A stretch of 63,914 bases of DNA, filler included, from Cystobasidiomycetes sp. EMM_F5 (taxonomy: Eukaryota), in NCBI GenBank assembly GCA_051047955.1. It is 25 parts of 25 records of this genome, joined end to end, with 100 filler letters (N's around TTAATTAATTAA, not from the genome) between each part and the next. Parts side by side here need not be neighbours in the genome. Positions count along the whole stretch, not along the records: positions 1 to 1,255 come from JBPGPT010000158.1; positions 1,356 to 2,596 come from JBPGPT010000159.1; positions 2,697 to 3,934 come from JBPGPT010000160.1; positions 4,035 to 5,260 come from JBPGPT010000161.1; positions 5,361 to 6,570 come from JBPGPT010000162.1; positions 6,671 to 7,879 come from JBPGPT010000163.1; positions 7,980 to 9,185 come from JBPGPT010000164.1; positions 9,286 to 10,479 come from JBPGPT010000165.1; 17 more parts are not named here. One strand, given 5' to 3'. This document shows positions 1-11,842 of the stretch, in pieces; the stretch's first letter is position 1, and every line of letters begins with the position of its first letter. Position numbers and translations under genes: made by a program. The notes under the pieces were generated by a model, which saw only the letters and a list, made by a program, of their open reading frames with translations, was not told where the DNA came from and searched no databases.

Positions 1-55
1 AAGTGTCCCAAAAAGACTAAAAAATAATAAAGTGTCCCAAAAAGACTAAAAAATA
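1..55. repeat. 29-bp mitochondrial tandem repeat (~2 copies, truncated by window start)
   Basis: Unit AAGTGTCCCAAAAAGACTAAAAAATAATA; the same unit occurs ~4.5x at 17660-17791. Confidence 0.9.
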
Positions 56-417
56 GATTACATAAAGAGTTTTAATGTGCATTTGTGAAAATTGAGCTAT
101 TTTCAGGTCGTTTCTTTATTATTGGATTGTATTGTTTACTTATACATGAATATTTGAAAGATTCCTTATCTTTTTTATGTTTCGATTCCTTCTCCTGAGA
201 AAAAATCGAAATGAATCTAAAAAGGAGAACTCGATTAAAAATCGGAATGAGTCCATTGTTGCTTTATAAAGATTAAAGCGAATAACCTTTATAAGAACTC
301 AGCAACAATAAGCTTAAGCTTTTTCTAAGTAAATTTTAATGCAAAAGGATAAATTTTGTGAATTCAATTCACCGTATCATAAAATAAAACGGATTGAATT
401 TAAATAAAAAATGTAAC

Positions 418-489
418 TGCCCAATTAAGGAATCGAACCTCAATTTGCTATTTACAAGATAGCTGTACTAGCCGTTGTACGAATCAGGC
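418..489 (-). tRNA. trnT: mitochondrial tRNA-Thr(UGU)
   Basis: Reverse complement folds as GCCTGAT/ATTGGGC acceptor, GTAC D-stem, GCTAT-CT TGT AA-ATAGC anticodon arm, TTCGATT T-loop; AT-rich context. Confidence 0.9.
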
Positions 490-904
490 TTTTAAGTTAT
501 GATCATTTTGATTTGCCAGTTATTTTTTATGTTTCGTTTGTAATAATTTTGACCAAAGGTAAAAATTAAAGCGAACGAAACAGGAAAATGCGCTTGTTTT
601 TAGATTCCATTGTTGAATTTGCTGAGTTTGTTGCTTTATAAAGCTTCTGAATATTTATAAAAAAAAATATTCACACGCAAGAAGATTTACCAAAGGTCAA
701 TATTAAAGCGAATACGCTTGATAACTTGCGGAGGTTTTATCAAGCACGTTCGCAAGAATAACCTTGATAAGAAGTCAGCAACAACTTCAACCCAGAAAAA
801 TAATGAAAAGTATCAAAAGGAGGTTTTAATGTAATCTAAACTAGAAAATATAAAACATAAAACAGAATGATCAGGCAATCATTTTATAAAGATTCGTTCG
901 CTTT

Positions 905-965
905 AATATTGACCATTGCTGAGTTTGTTGAAGTTTCTTCAACAAACTCAGCAATGGTCAATATT
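905..965. repeat. perfect 29-bp-arm inverted repeat (mitochondrial hairpin)
   Basis: AATATTGACCATTGCTGAGTTTGTTGAAG-ttt-CTTCAACAAACTCAGCAATGGTCAATATT. Confidence 0.9.
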
Positions 966-1048
966 CTTGCGAATACGCGAGATAAGCAACGCCAACAACC
1001 GTGTTAACTTTAAGATTTATCACAAACACCCAACACCCAACAAAAACT

Positions 1049-1120
1049 TGATCTGCATGGGAATCGAACCCATATTATCACAGTGAAAGAGTGAGGTACT
1101 AACCGTTGTACGAGCAAATC
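1049..1120 (-). tRNA. trnE: mitochondrial tRNA-Glu(UUC)
   Basis: GATTTGC/GCAGATC acceptor, TCACT-CT TTC AC-TGTGA anticodon arm, ATGGG-TTCGATT-CCCAT T-arm. Confidence 0.9.
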
Positions 1121-1174
1121 CTGTATGCAACCGCTACTTTTAGGTGATAAATTTATTTACATTACGGTGAATGT

Positions 1175-1255
1175 AAAAATAAAATAAACATCAATAAGTC
1201 TAAAAATAAAATAAACATCAATAAGTCTAAAAATAAAATAAACATCAATAAGTCT
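1175..1255. repeat. 27-bp mitochondrial tandem repeat x3 at contig end
   Basis: Unit AAAAATAAAATAAACATCAATAAGTCT. Confidence 0.9.
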
Positions 1256-1355
1256 NNNNNNNNNNNNNNNNNNNNNNNNNNNNNNNNNNNNNNNNNNNNT
1301 TAATTAATTAANNNNNNNNNNNNNNNNNNNNNNNNNNNNNNNNNNNNNNNNNNNN
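1256..1355. other. artificial contig spacer (first of 24)
   Basis: 44 N + TTAATTAATTAA (stops in all six frames) + 44 N, repeated after every contig up to 58322-58421. Confidence 0.98.
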
Positions 1356-1411
1356 GCCTGGTAGTCGCCTGTCGCCTACTCAGCTCCTCCTTCTATTCCA
1401 CCTTCCGACAT

Positions 1412-2546
1412 CCGGCCGTGTTCCAACACTTTATGAATGATGTGTTCCGGGACCTTCTAGACCATACTGTACTTGTATATCTGGATGATATACTTGTCTT
1501 TTCGGACTCCGTCGATCAGCATACCGATCATGTTCGCAAAGTATTGCAGCGGCTTACGGACCATAATCTATATGCCAAGGCCGAGAAATGTGAATTCTCA
1601 GTCACGAAAACGGAATTCTTGGGGTTCATCATTGGCTCGGATGGCGTCAGCATGGCGCAAAACAAAGTCGATGCTGTATTATCGTGGCCAGAACCCACCA
1701 GAGTTCGCGAACTACAACAATTCCTCGGTTTCGCCAACTTCTATAGGAGGTTCATCCAGGGCTACTCACGTATTATCGGCCCACTAACAAGGCTGTTGAA
1801 GAAGAACAACAAATATGTCTTTGATGAATCAGCCCGCAATGCTTTCGACCACATCAAAGAGGCATTCACGACAGCCGGCTTCTTGCGGCACTTTGATCCC
1901 AAACTCGACACAATTATTGAGACTGATGCCTCAGACTACGCTATATCAGGCGTACTGTCTCAATATCATGACAAAGTTCTTCACCCGGTTGCGTTTATGT
2001 CACGCAAAATGAACCCGGCTGAAAGAAACTACGAGATCCACGACAAGGAACTCCTGGCCATAGTTGATTCCATCAAAATATGGCGACACTACCTCGAAGG
2101 CCTAGAGCGACCTTTCGTGATCTTATCGGACCATCAGGCTTTGCAGTATTTTCAGACGTCAAAGACGCTCACTAGAAGACAAGCTCGATGGTCAGAAGTA
2201 ATCAATCACCACAAGTACATCATAAAGTACCGGTCAGGAGACAAAGCTCCTCGTACGAGGACTCATCTACGTCCCGAACTACGAGACCATCAAGGTCAGG
2301 GTCCTCCAAAATGCACATGATGCAATGGATGTCAACCATCCAGGACAGGCCAAGACGCTAGAGTACATTCAACGCAATTACTACTGGCCTAACATGCGTG
2401 CGTTCATCAACGAGTACATTCGATCTTGTGATGTCTGTCAGAGGAACAAAGCCAATCATCACCGGCCTTATGGACTTCTCCAGCCTTTGCCGGTGCCAAA
2501 AGGACCATGGCTCTCCATCTCCATGGATCATATAATTAATCTGTGA
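1412..2546 (+). mobile_element. degenerate Ty3/Gypsy LTR-retrotransposon pol fragment (RT, RNase H, integrase Zn-binding domain)
   Basis: PAVFQHFMN...[10 protein letters not shown] (RT), [13 protein letters not shown] and [12 protein letters not shown] (RNase H), then in another frame [10 protein letters not shown]...CDVCQ (HHCC); stops at SMDHIINL. Confidence 0.92.
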
Positions 2547-2696
2547 GCCTGGGACCCATCTCATCAAGTTTATACCCCCTCCGGAGTTAAGTATCANNNN
2601 NNNNNNNNNNNNNNNNNNNNNNNNNNNNNNNNNNNNNNNNTTAATTAATTAANNNNNNNNNNNNNNNNNNNNNNNNNNNNNNNNNNNNNNNNNNNN

Positions 2697-3934
2697 CCGA
2701 TTAGCAACATGCTGTCCAGGACACACGCGACGACCGAAACTGTGGTAATTCGGTGTAAGCCGGAATATCCCTCTTCCCGGTCGCATCTGAATGACGCACC
2801 CGAATTGGACATGCTTGAGGCTGTTGTCGAGTCGTGCTGGTTTACCTTCCTCCCGTACTAACCAGCGGGTCGGATCGAACTTCTCTGGATTGGTGAAGAC
2901 TGTGGCATCACGGTGTATTGCCCAGTGATTGCCAAGTATTCTAGTCCCAGCTGGTATGACGTAGTCGCCCTGGATTGGTTGTTTTGCGTCAGACTCTGGC
3001 ATATACTGAGATCATCCATCTACTTACGTAAGTAATGTCTGCCGAGCTGACATGCTGGAACCCGCCTGCACTGACCGGTCGCCAGCGATACGTTTCCTTG
3101 ACGAAGGCTTGTAGATATCTGAGAATCGGTTGAGTTGCGTTCATACCGCTCGTCAAGGCGCACGCTTACGGCAGTTGCTCCTCATCCTCGAATTCGGGCA
3201 GTCGACCGCTTCCTATAACTTCGTCAAGCTCTCTGTGCACTCGCTTTTGCGCGTCCGGAAAAGTCGCAGCCGCCATGATGACAATAGCAATAGCAGAAGC
3301 CGATGTGTCTGAACCAGCAAGAAAGAGACTTCCGCAGAGGTAGGCAACTTCGTCATCCGAGAGCTGAAACTCTGCCTGATGCTCTGTTATATATTCCGCA
3401 AAGCTCGGAGCCAAATCCTTGCCTTGCTTCAGAGCCGCCCGAGTCGTTGTAAGCAGTCGCCGATACAGCGAAATTTCATTCCTGCATGCGTATAGATTAC
3501 AGGTTCAGAAACCGGAAACACTGTCTGAATTCTTGGTAGCTCACTGGTGCCATTGTTTGGGTGCATCCAGATATCCTGGCCAGTAACGCAGAAGGGGAAT
3601 CGATTCGATTTTCCATGCTCCTGGACGCATGGCCTTCATAAAGTCGTCGGAGCACTGGACGACTTGCTTTACGTCAGGATGCGCGTAAGTGGCTTGAAAA
3701 GCTTTGAGTCAACTGCCATCACGATGTATTTACGCCGCGAGCAGCCTGACTTACTTTTCTCGCGTTTCCCGTATGCCATCGAAATGACGATAGTCGACGC
3801 ATAACTTCGAATATGCGCCATAAAGGCTGATGGGTCATCGATGATGTCGGACAACAGTGTTCGAGCTGCTTGCCGCTGGATGGGTTCAAAGTCTCTCGCT
3901 GCCTGCGGCTGAAGCTGATTGTGAATGGCCTTTC
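2697..3934 (-). CDS. cytochrome P450 (partial, intron-containing)
   Basis: AGSDT I-helix, KETYRWRP (ExxR), PEKFDPTRW, FG|FGRRVCPG heme motif; GT-AG introns. Confidence 0.92.
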
Positions 3935-4034
3935 NNNNNNNNNNNNNNNNNNNNNNNNNNNNNNNNNNNNNNNNNNNNTTAATTAATTAANNNNNNNNNN
4001 NNNNNNNNNNNNNNNNNNNNNNNNNNNNNNNNNN

Positions 4035-5260
4035 TCTACCCACCCGGGAAAACCGTCTACCCACCCGGGGAAACCGTCTACCCACCCGGGAGAAGGTTTT
4101 GACCCACCCGGGGGAATTATTTGCCCACCCGGGGGAAAGTCTCAAAGACCCACCCGGGCGGGGGAACCGTCTACCCACCCGGGGGAACTGGGGTTAGTCC
4201 ACCCGGGGGAACCGGCCAGTAGACCGATGACCGAGGCCGCTCGCGCGGGGCTGATACTACGCGCCTTATACTACAACTTTCAATACTACCATCTCTTATT
4301 ATTTTTCATTTTTCTTTCTTCGCGTCTTTTCGCCTCGCCCCATCCCATCCCCTCGCCTCCCCATGTCCCTCCGTCCTCTCCGCCCCACCCGGGAGAGTCC
4401 CTTGCCGGCTTTCGCCAGCCGCTTTCCGCGCCAACTCTGCGACCGGTCCTTGACCAGCAGCCGAGCAAGCGGTACTTGCCGGACATCTCCCGGACATGGC
4501 AAGTCCGGTTGACTCTTCGATCCTAAACCGAGGCTGTGGCCGGATCGGTATAATGGGCCGGGGACGAACCCTACCGTGCACCCAAGTCGCCGACTCAAGT
4601 CGACTAATCCCACTAATGGCACCTTGCACAACTTGGTCGGATGTTTCCACCCTACCCGGCCCACCCTTGGCCTCGTGCTTCTTATAGATAGTCAGGGCTC
4701 TTCCGTTTGGTCTATCACCACAAATTGCAATGAAATTCGAGTTTGATCGGTGGGCGAGGAGGCTGCAAAGTTCGTTTTGTCCCTTTTTTACCGTGGGGGC
4801 GCAACAAAGTTCATCGCGACACGGCCCATTTGTACTTGGACAAATTTCCCCTCGCACTTTGGTGGGCGCGATCGAATTTTTTGGATTATAGTACGGTAAA
4901 ATTATTTCGGGAGTTGGGCGAGATCGAGTTTTTTTGAATTTTAGTACGGTATAATTGTTTGGAGGGGTGGGCGCAATCGAACTTTTGAATTATCAAAAAA
5001 AAAAAATATTTCGGGGGCGGGCGCAATATTCGGGAAAAAAATTATTTCACTCGCGCCGTGGAAATTTCGAAAAATCTGGAGTTCGATGCTCTCCGCTTAT
5101 CAGCGGTGATGATTGTTTCAGAAAGTGTCATTACAAAACTTGCTAATCAGAAACTACCCACCCCCGAAATCGACCAAGTCAACCAACCCAAACCCACCCG
5201 GGGGAATGTTCAGCCCACCCTGGAGAAAGGGGTGCGAGACCCACCCGGGGGGATGTTCAG
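4035..5260. repeat. non-coding repeat-rich contig with CCCACCCGGG motif arrays at both ends and a ~52-bp internal tandem repeat
   Basis: About 8 copies of (C)CCACCCGGG at 4035-4212 and 3 at 5192-5252 in the same orientation; GGGCG.RATCGA..TTTT...TAGTACGGTA units at 4864-4995. Confidence 0.75.
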
Positions 5261-5360
5261 NNNNNNNNNNNNNNNNNNNNNNNNNNNNNNNNNNNNNNNN
5301 NNNNTTAATTAATTAANNNNNNNNNNNNNNNNNNNNNNNNNNNNNNNNNNNNNNNNNNNN

Positions 5361-6570
5361 GTCATGAACGAGCAAGAGGCGAGCCAGATCATCTCGTATC
5401 GCCAATGGTTCAATCGATCCAAGCGGAGCCAAGCATTTTCTCCATACATTAGCACGTCGCTCAGACAACTCAGATTACAAACGTCAAAATGGCCTTGGCT
5501 AGATAACAACGACCGTTGGCTGACTATGCTCATTGCTGGACACGACTATATGCCCGGAGGCTTGAAGGGGTTAGGCCTGGCCCGGCTAGCCAAAAGCAGG
5601 GTTACCAGAGAGGTATGTCGCTTATTTCACCAAAGAAAAAAGACGACGCTGATACTTATAAATGCGCAGGGTACAATCCCCACCACTGTACAAGCAATGC
5701 GAGATCAAGAGAGTCCATCTTGGGCGGCCGCCGCTGACATCCTCGAGGTCCGAGCGTCCGACTTTGCGTCTGCTCTAGCGATTTTCGCGTCAGCTCGACA
5801 TGCACATGTATCTCGTGAGGAGGTCCAAGCGGCTTTGGCTGCCCATCGTAGTAAACTGGATCCTCTTGCACCCCTACTCCCGCCAGCCCCGGTGCCCGCT
5901 CCTCCGCCCTCTACTACCAAGCATCGCCACCGCAAACCGCGCAAGAAGTCCAAGCAGAACAGGAAAAACAAAAACAAAAACCGCAGACTCAGGAGAAAGC
6001 AGAAGAGATCAGAAACTACCTTCTCTGGAATCGAGCTGCGCTTTCGCGGAGATCGGCAGCAGTTGCCTGTCCTTCCTGTACCCACCCTTGCACAATCAAT
6101 CGCATACTCTTCGCACCCAGTCAAGACTGGCAATCTCGATTTGGCGCGCAAACGCCATCCGGCCTGGCAATACGACTTCGACACGCCAGAAGTGACTAGG
6201 CACGGGATGCTTCGACCACATCTCGAGCCTGCCTGGCGAGATGGGCTAGACAATAAACAAGGCATGAGGGCAGAAAGATTACGCCTCATGGATCTGGAAC
6301 CAGGCGATGACGAAGAAGTCGACGAAGGAGCTGCACAGCCCCTTTCCCAAGCCGAGATGCAGGCGCAGCACGAGGCAGCAGAGGTCGAAGACGCTGCCAT
6401 CGAAGACGCTGCCATTCAAGGCAACGGTGCCGCAGACGACGCAGGCTCGGATTCGGACTCGGACTCCGATTATGACCCAGATTCGTCCTCGGATTCCGAA
6501 GGTTCGGATGACGAAGAACAGTCTGAATCCGATGACGATAGTGCAGCAGGAGGAAGAGGCGGCAAGCTCA
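5361..6570 (+). CDS. partial intronless ORF with XPG/FEN1-like H3TH motif, basic tract and acidic tail
   Basis: Open across the whole contig; MLIAGHDYMPGGLKGLGLARLAK resembles the LxGxDYxxgixGiG H3TH consensus. Confidence 0.55.
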
Positions 6571-7017
6571 NNNNNNNNNNNNNNNNNNNNNNNNNNNNNN
6601 NNNNNNNNNNNNNNTTAATTAATTAANNNNNNNNNNNNNNNNNNNNNNNNNNNNNNNNNNNNNNNNNNNNTACTCTTTAATATTTTTATCCTGAGTCTTC
6701 ACCGTACTCTTTAATATTTTTATCCAGCTGGATAAACTTATAAATTAATCGAAACATCAAAAAGAATGTGCTGGATGTTTCGATTTATTTGCTGATTATT
6801 TATGATTAACATAAATATTTTAAGCTAATGGTTGAACTTATTATTTAGGAGATTGACGTTGCTTATCCTGTTTATGAATCTATATTTTATAAAGATTCGT
6901 TCGCAGCGGAGCTGCGAATATGCTTGATCACTTGTGATTAACCTTTAGATTAATCACAAACAATGCCCTCAGCAACGTCAGTAAACAACCAGATCTCAAC
7001 CTAAAAAGTCCCTTTAA

Positions 7018-7089
7018 GTGAACATAGTTTAATGGTAGAACGCCATCACGTCATGATGGCTGGTGTCGGTTCGAGTCCGACTGTTCTCG
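7018..7089 (+). tRNA. trnD: mitochondrial tRNA-Asp(GUC)
   Basis: GTGAACA/TGTTCTC acceptor (one U-U), CCATC-AC GTC AT-GATGG anticodon arm, GTCGG-TTCGAGT-CCGAC T-arm. Confidence 0.88.
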
Positions 7090-7979
7090 TCTATATAGTT
7101 TATTTTTAAGTGTTTTTGGACCGTTATTTTAATGTAATCACAAACCAAGGATCCAGAGATCAACTCATTAATATTATATTAAACAATGATTTGTATTTTA
7201 TTAACAATACGGTGAATTGAATTAGAAAAATTCAGCTCATTCCGATCCGTTTCGATTTATTCTTACTTTTTACTTTTTAGATCCCTTATCAAGCAGAGCT
7301 TTATAAGGAATCTGAAAAAGTAAATCGAAAAGGATCGGAACGAATATTGCAAAGATTCACCTGATCCTTTTTTTATTTTATTTTTAAATAAAAACCTGAA
7401 AAATCATGTGTTTGGACCAATCGGTTTTCACATCATTTATTTTTACCCCCTAAAATAAAATAAATAGCTACCTTTTATTCTAAATGATTAAACAGCTACC
7501 TTTTATTCTAAATGATTAAATAACCCTTTATAATATGCCTGGCTATAATTTTATTCATCTGGGGCCGTTAAAGACAATTTTTTTTTTTACTTAGGATAAT
7601 TTTGCGCTTACTTACAAAATAGATTAAATAGTCTTTAAGGACCGCGTCCGTAAATACGGCCGTTGATGTTTCTGATTCCTATTGTTGCTTTATTAAGCTT
7701 TTGAATCTTTATAAAATAAAGTTTCAGAAGCTTGATAAAGCAGCAATTCGGAGGGGTAAGGACCAAATATAAACTAGTATTTAGTGTAACTATTAAAAAC
7801 ATTACGGTGAATTGAATTCACCAAATTCATCCCATTCGCAGTTGCATATTTTAGTTCGCAAACTTCTGAATATTTATTTNNNNNNNNNNNNNNNNNNNNN
7901 NNNNNNNNNNNNNNNNNNNNNNNTTAATTAATTAANNNNNNNNNNNNNNNNNNNNNNNNNNNNNNNNNNNNNNNNNNNN

Positions 7980-9185
7980 TTTCACATCTCATAGAGTTGG
8001 TAGACATCGGGCAGTCCGGAACCTGGACACTGGCATCGTTCAAATATAGCTCTGGGAAGAACGGCAGCGTCAACTCACAGCCATACGGGAACGACTTACA
8101 AGTCCGCTGCGAATATCTTGTCGGCTGCGACGGCGCAAATTCCACCGTCAGAAGTCTACAGAAGTTTACCAATACGGATTTGGCCTTTGAAAACGACTGG
8201 CTCATTGTGGACCTGGTCAGTTTCACACTCCGTGACAGGGACGGATCTTTAGACTAAAGCTCGCATACTCTGATTATCCCGTCGACGATGACCGCACTGG
8301 CAATCGCCTGATTCATGGCACCGGAGCAGATCCCCAAAAATGGCTACATCTCGCCGAAAGTTGAACGCCTGGGTAGTGCGCAGGTTTGTGATCCGGCTCG
8401 TCCTACGACTGTGGTCTGGGGTGGAAAGGGTCGCAAGCGCTTGGAATTTATGAGACTACCGCACGAGGACCATTCTCACCTGCTATCGGAGGAGACGCTC
8501 TGGAAGCTCCTCGAACCCTGGGACTATGGACAAGGAAATTGCTTTATCGAGCGCAAGGTCATCTATACTTTCAAGGCAAGGTGGGCTGACCGCTTCTATA
8601 AAAACAAAGTGCTGCTGGGTGAGTTGGTGCATACAACTTCGGCCTTGTTTGCTGCGATAGCCTCACTGTCATTTGTGACACGGCTGACGATACTATCACA
8701 GCCGGCGATGCTCTGCATCTCATGCCGCCCTTCATCGGACAAGGCTTGAATTCAGGCTTCAGAGATGCAGCTGCTCTGTCTTGGCGCCTACCATTGCTCT
8801 TGTCCGGAGTAGCCTCCGAGGCGGCATTGCTACAGAGCTACGAGAACGAGCGCGGAATGCACGTTCGCAGCTTAACGGTGCGTATCTGTACCATTTCACG
8901 ACTGGCCATAACTTACACGAAGCCATTCTCTTCTTTAGGAGTACTGTGTCAAACTTGGCGGCGTTGTGTGCGAGCTGGATCCGCAGAAGTCGGCCAGCAT
9001 GCACAAAGCGCTTCGAGATAACCGTTCGTCAGTTGTAAGTTCTGTGCAGTCATCGCGCTAATCGTATATCGTTGTCAGCGCCTCTCAACGGCTACGATCC
9101 GCCTTTGGGAAGGCCAGGCGTTCTCACTGCGCAGGCAGAGGCAGGCCGACTGTCTTGGCACAGGCGGATCATCAACACAAACACT
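7980..9185 (+). CDS. FAD-dependent aromatic monooxygenase, MhpA/PheA-TfdB-like (partial)
   Basis: [13 protein letters not shown] (DG motif) and [25 protein letters not shown] (GD motif) across GT-AG introns. Confidence 0.88.
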
Positions 9186-9285
9186 NNNNNNNNNNNNNNN
9201 NNNNNNNNNNNNNNNNNNNNNNNNNNNNNTTAATTAATTAANNNNNNNNNNNNNNNNNNNNNNNNNNNNNNNNNNNNNNNNNNNN

Positions 9286-9870
9286 CGATGAATGCCTGCC
9301 ATCCACTCGCAAGCAGATTGACCAGATTGGGCCTGTGTTGCCATGTCCTTGTGCACCAAGTCGGCCAATTGTTTGGATGGCTTGACTGTCCATCGCACAA
9401 TCTCGATAATCATGGCTTCGGCATTGCTGACAAAGGCTAGGGCAAATGCGTCGTGTCCTTTGACACGGTAGATGCTGCCGTACGTGCGGCCAGCCAAATC
9501 TAGGAGCAGGTAAACGCACGCTAATATCGAATACGGAAGGGGACTGGCGGTGTTTGAGTGTGCCACGATCTGTGAACTCGTAGCCCACGTGATTGCCGAC
9601 AGGATGTGCTTCTTTTTGTCAGCTGTAGCTTCATCATGAGAATCGAGCTTGAAGTCCCGCTCGAAAGACGGGTGAGAGTCGAGCATAGCGGATAGATTGC
9701 CGACAATGGCACCCAGGCCATTGTTAGATGTAGTGTCAATTACAATGTCCAAAGCGACTGCCTCTTGCTCGACTGGTTGATTGGCCAGTGTGCGATCAGC
9801 AATACCGTCGGCCATTGCTCTAGTATGAGCAGCCATGGCTTCGAGCTCCGCATACGGCACGACCCCTCTG
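9286..9870 (-). CDS. hypothetical protein exon (partial)
   Basis: ~190-codon open frame preceded by a CTGAC...TGCAG intron end; no family recognised. Confidence 0.4.
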
Positions 9871-10579
9871 CAGTACAGGATACGTCAGTGAGCTTCAGAT
9901 GTTGAACCTGTCATCTGTAGACTCGCCTAAGCTGGTCAAGACACGACAAGATGGTAATGATGGCGTTACAATGCTCTGTAATAGATGGATGTGGCGAAGA
10001 GTGTCAGTCAGTGCGGCAGATCAGAATGCAAGTGACTAAAACGGCGATTGGTAAAGAATGCATAGTAATCATGTCAGCTATCATCAGATACAGCGCACTA
10101 AGCCAAAACTCACGGAAGCAAAATGTATTGATTGTCGAATATTAGTCGCGTATAGGGGATGCAGTGGATGGACAATGTGGGAGGGAATACAAAGCTTCAA
10201 GCTGGACGAGCAGACGCTCACTGTGCTTATCATCACCGTCAGTTAGCTCTAGCTTGCATTGCTTGCCTGTTAACAGCGTACATGTCAGTATTCACCATGC
10301 TCGTCATTGCCCTGGACAACTCTGCCCAAGCAGCAGCTCGACTGCCAATTCCACAAGCGACTCACAGGTAGTGTTCATGTTGTAGTCGACACTGTATCCG
10401 AACGTAGATGATGCCGCTTGCCGTATCTATAGACGGTTTCTGAGTATTCGGTCGTCTGTCCGGTCGGTCCTCCAGGAACNNNNNNNNNNNNNNNNNNNNN
10501 NNNNNNNNNNNNNNNNNNNNNNNTTAATTAATTAANNNNNNNNNNNNNNNNNNNNNNNNNNNNNNNNNNNNNNNNNNNN

Positions 10580-11742
10580 GCATGGTATCTAAAGCTCGAC
10601 TCGACATTGATATCTATCGGTTTCACTCGCTGCAACTCCGACACCAGCATCTATACACTCACGCGTGATAATGACAAGCAGATACTCAGCATATACGTTG
10701 ATGACGAGATCATGGCCGGCAGCTCTAAGGAGGCACTCGAGTGGACCAAGACGCAACTTGCTCACCATTTCAAATTCACCGACAAAGGTGATGCTGCATA
10801 CATTCTTGGAGTCGAAATTCATCGCAATCGTGCAACTCGAGAATTGTTTTTGTCACAATCTAAACACGTCAAGGACATTCTTACGAGATTTGGCATGACA
10901 GACTGCCGTCCCGTTGCTACACCGATGGAACCCAAAGCATACGCAGCGTGGTCGGTTCCGTCCACGGTGGAACAGCAGACCCAGATGCAAGGAATGCCCT
11001 ACATCAACGTCGTTGGAGCTCTCAACTATCTTGCAACATGTACACGTCCAGACATTGCTTTTGCAGTGGGAGCACTTGGTCAGCACAACGCAAACCCCCA
11101 ATGGGCTCACTGGTGCCAAGCCAAACGTGTGCTTCGCTACCTCAAGGGCACTGAGACACTGGCTCTGCGCTTCGGTCCCGATGTTCAAGACAACCACTCC
11201 CTACAGCTGCGCGGCTATTCAGATGCAGATTATGCTGGTGACGTCAAAGGTCGCAAGTCGACTTCCGCATACGCCTTCTTCATCGGATCTTCCCTCGTGT
11301 CCTGGCGCAGCAAACGTCAGCCTGTCGTTGCACTTTCTACAACCGAAGCCGAGTACATTGCTGCCGTCTCCGCAGGGCAAGAAGGCATGGCGCTCCGAGC
11401 ACTTCTAACTGACCTTGGCTATGCGCAAACTCATCCAACTCCTCTGATCATGGACAATCAGTCAGCTATACGTGTTGCAAAGAATCCTGAACATCAATCA
11501 CGTATCAAACACATGGACGTGCGCTATCATTGGTTCAGGAATGCTGTTCAAAACAACATCTTCGCCGTCTCTTATACTCCGACGCAAACAATGGTTGCAG
11601 ATATCCTGACTAAACCTTTGGAACGCCAACTGCACCTCCGTGCTATCGAGCTGCTGGGTATGCGAGACATGCAAAGATGAGTGGGAGTATTAGTATTTCA
11701 CTTTCTGTTGTACTTGTAGCTCTTACTTAGACCAATCTACAT
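10580..11742 (+). mobile_element. Ty1/Copia retrotransposon 3' part: RT-RNase H (to 11680), polypurine tract (~11672-11687) and start of 3' LTR
   Basis: YVDD, TCTRPDIAFAV, GYSDADYAGD, ALSTTEAEY, KHMDVRYH, MVADILTKPL; GATGAGTGGGAG overlaps the stop codon. Confidence 0.93.
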
Positions 11743-11842
11743 NNNNNNNNNNNNNNNNNNNNNNNNNNNNNNNNNNNNNNNNNNNNTTAATTAATTAANN
11801 NNNNNNNNNNNNNNNNNNNNNNNNNNNNNNNNNNNNNNNNNN

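Noticed and set aside
4035..4212. CRISPR-like array (constant core with variable spacers)
   Set aside because: The core is only ~10 bp with ~11-16-bp related spacers, there are no cas genes, and the context is eukaryotic.
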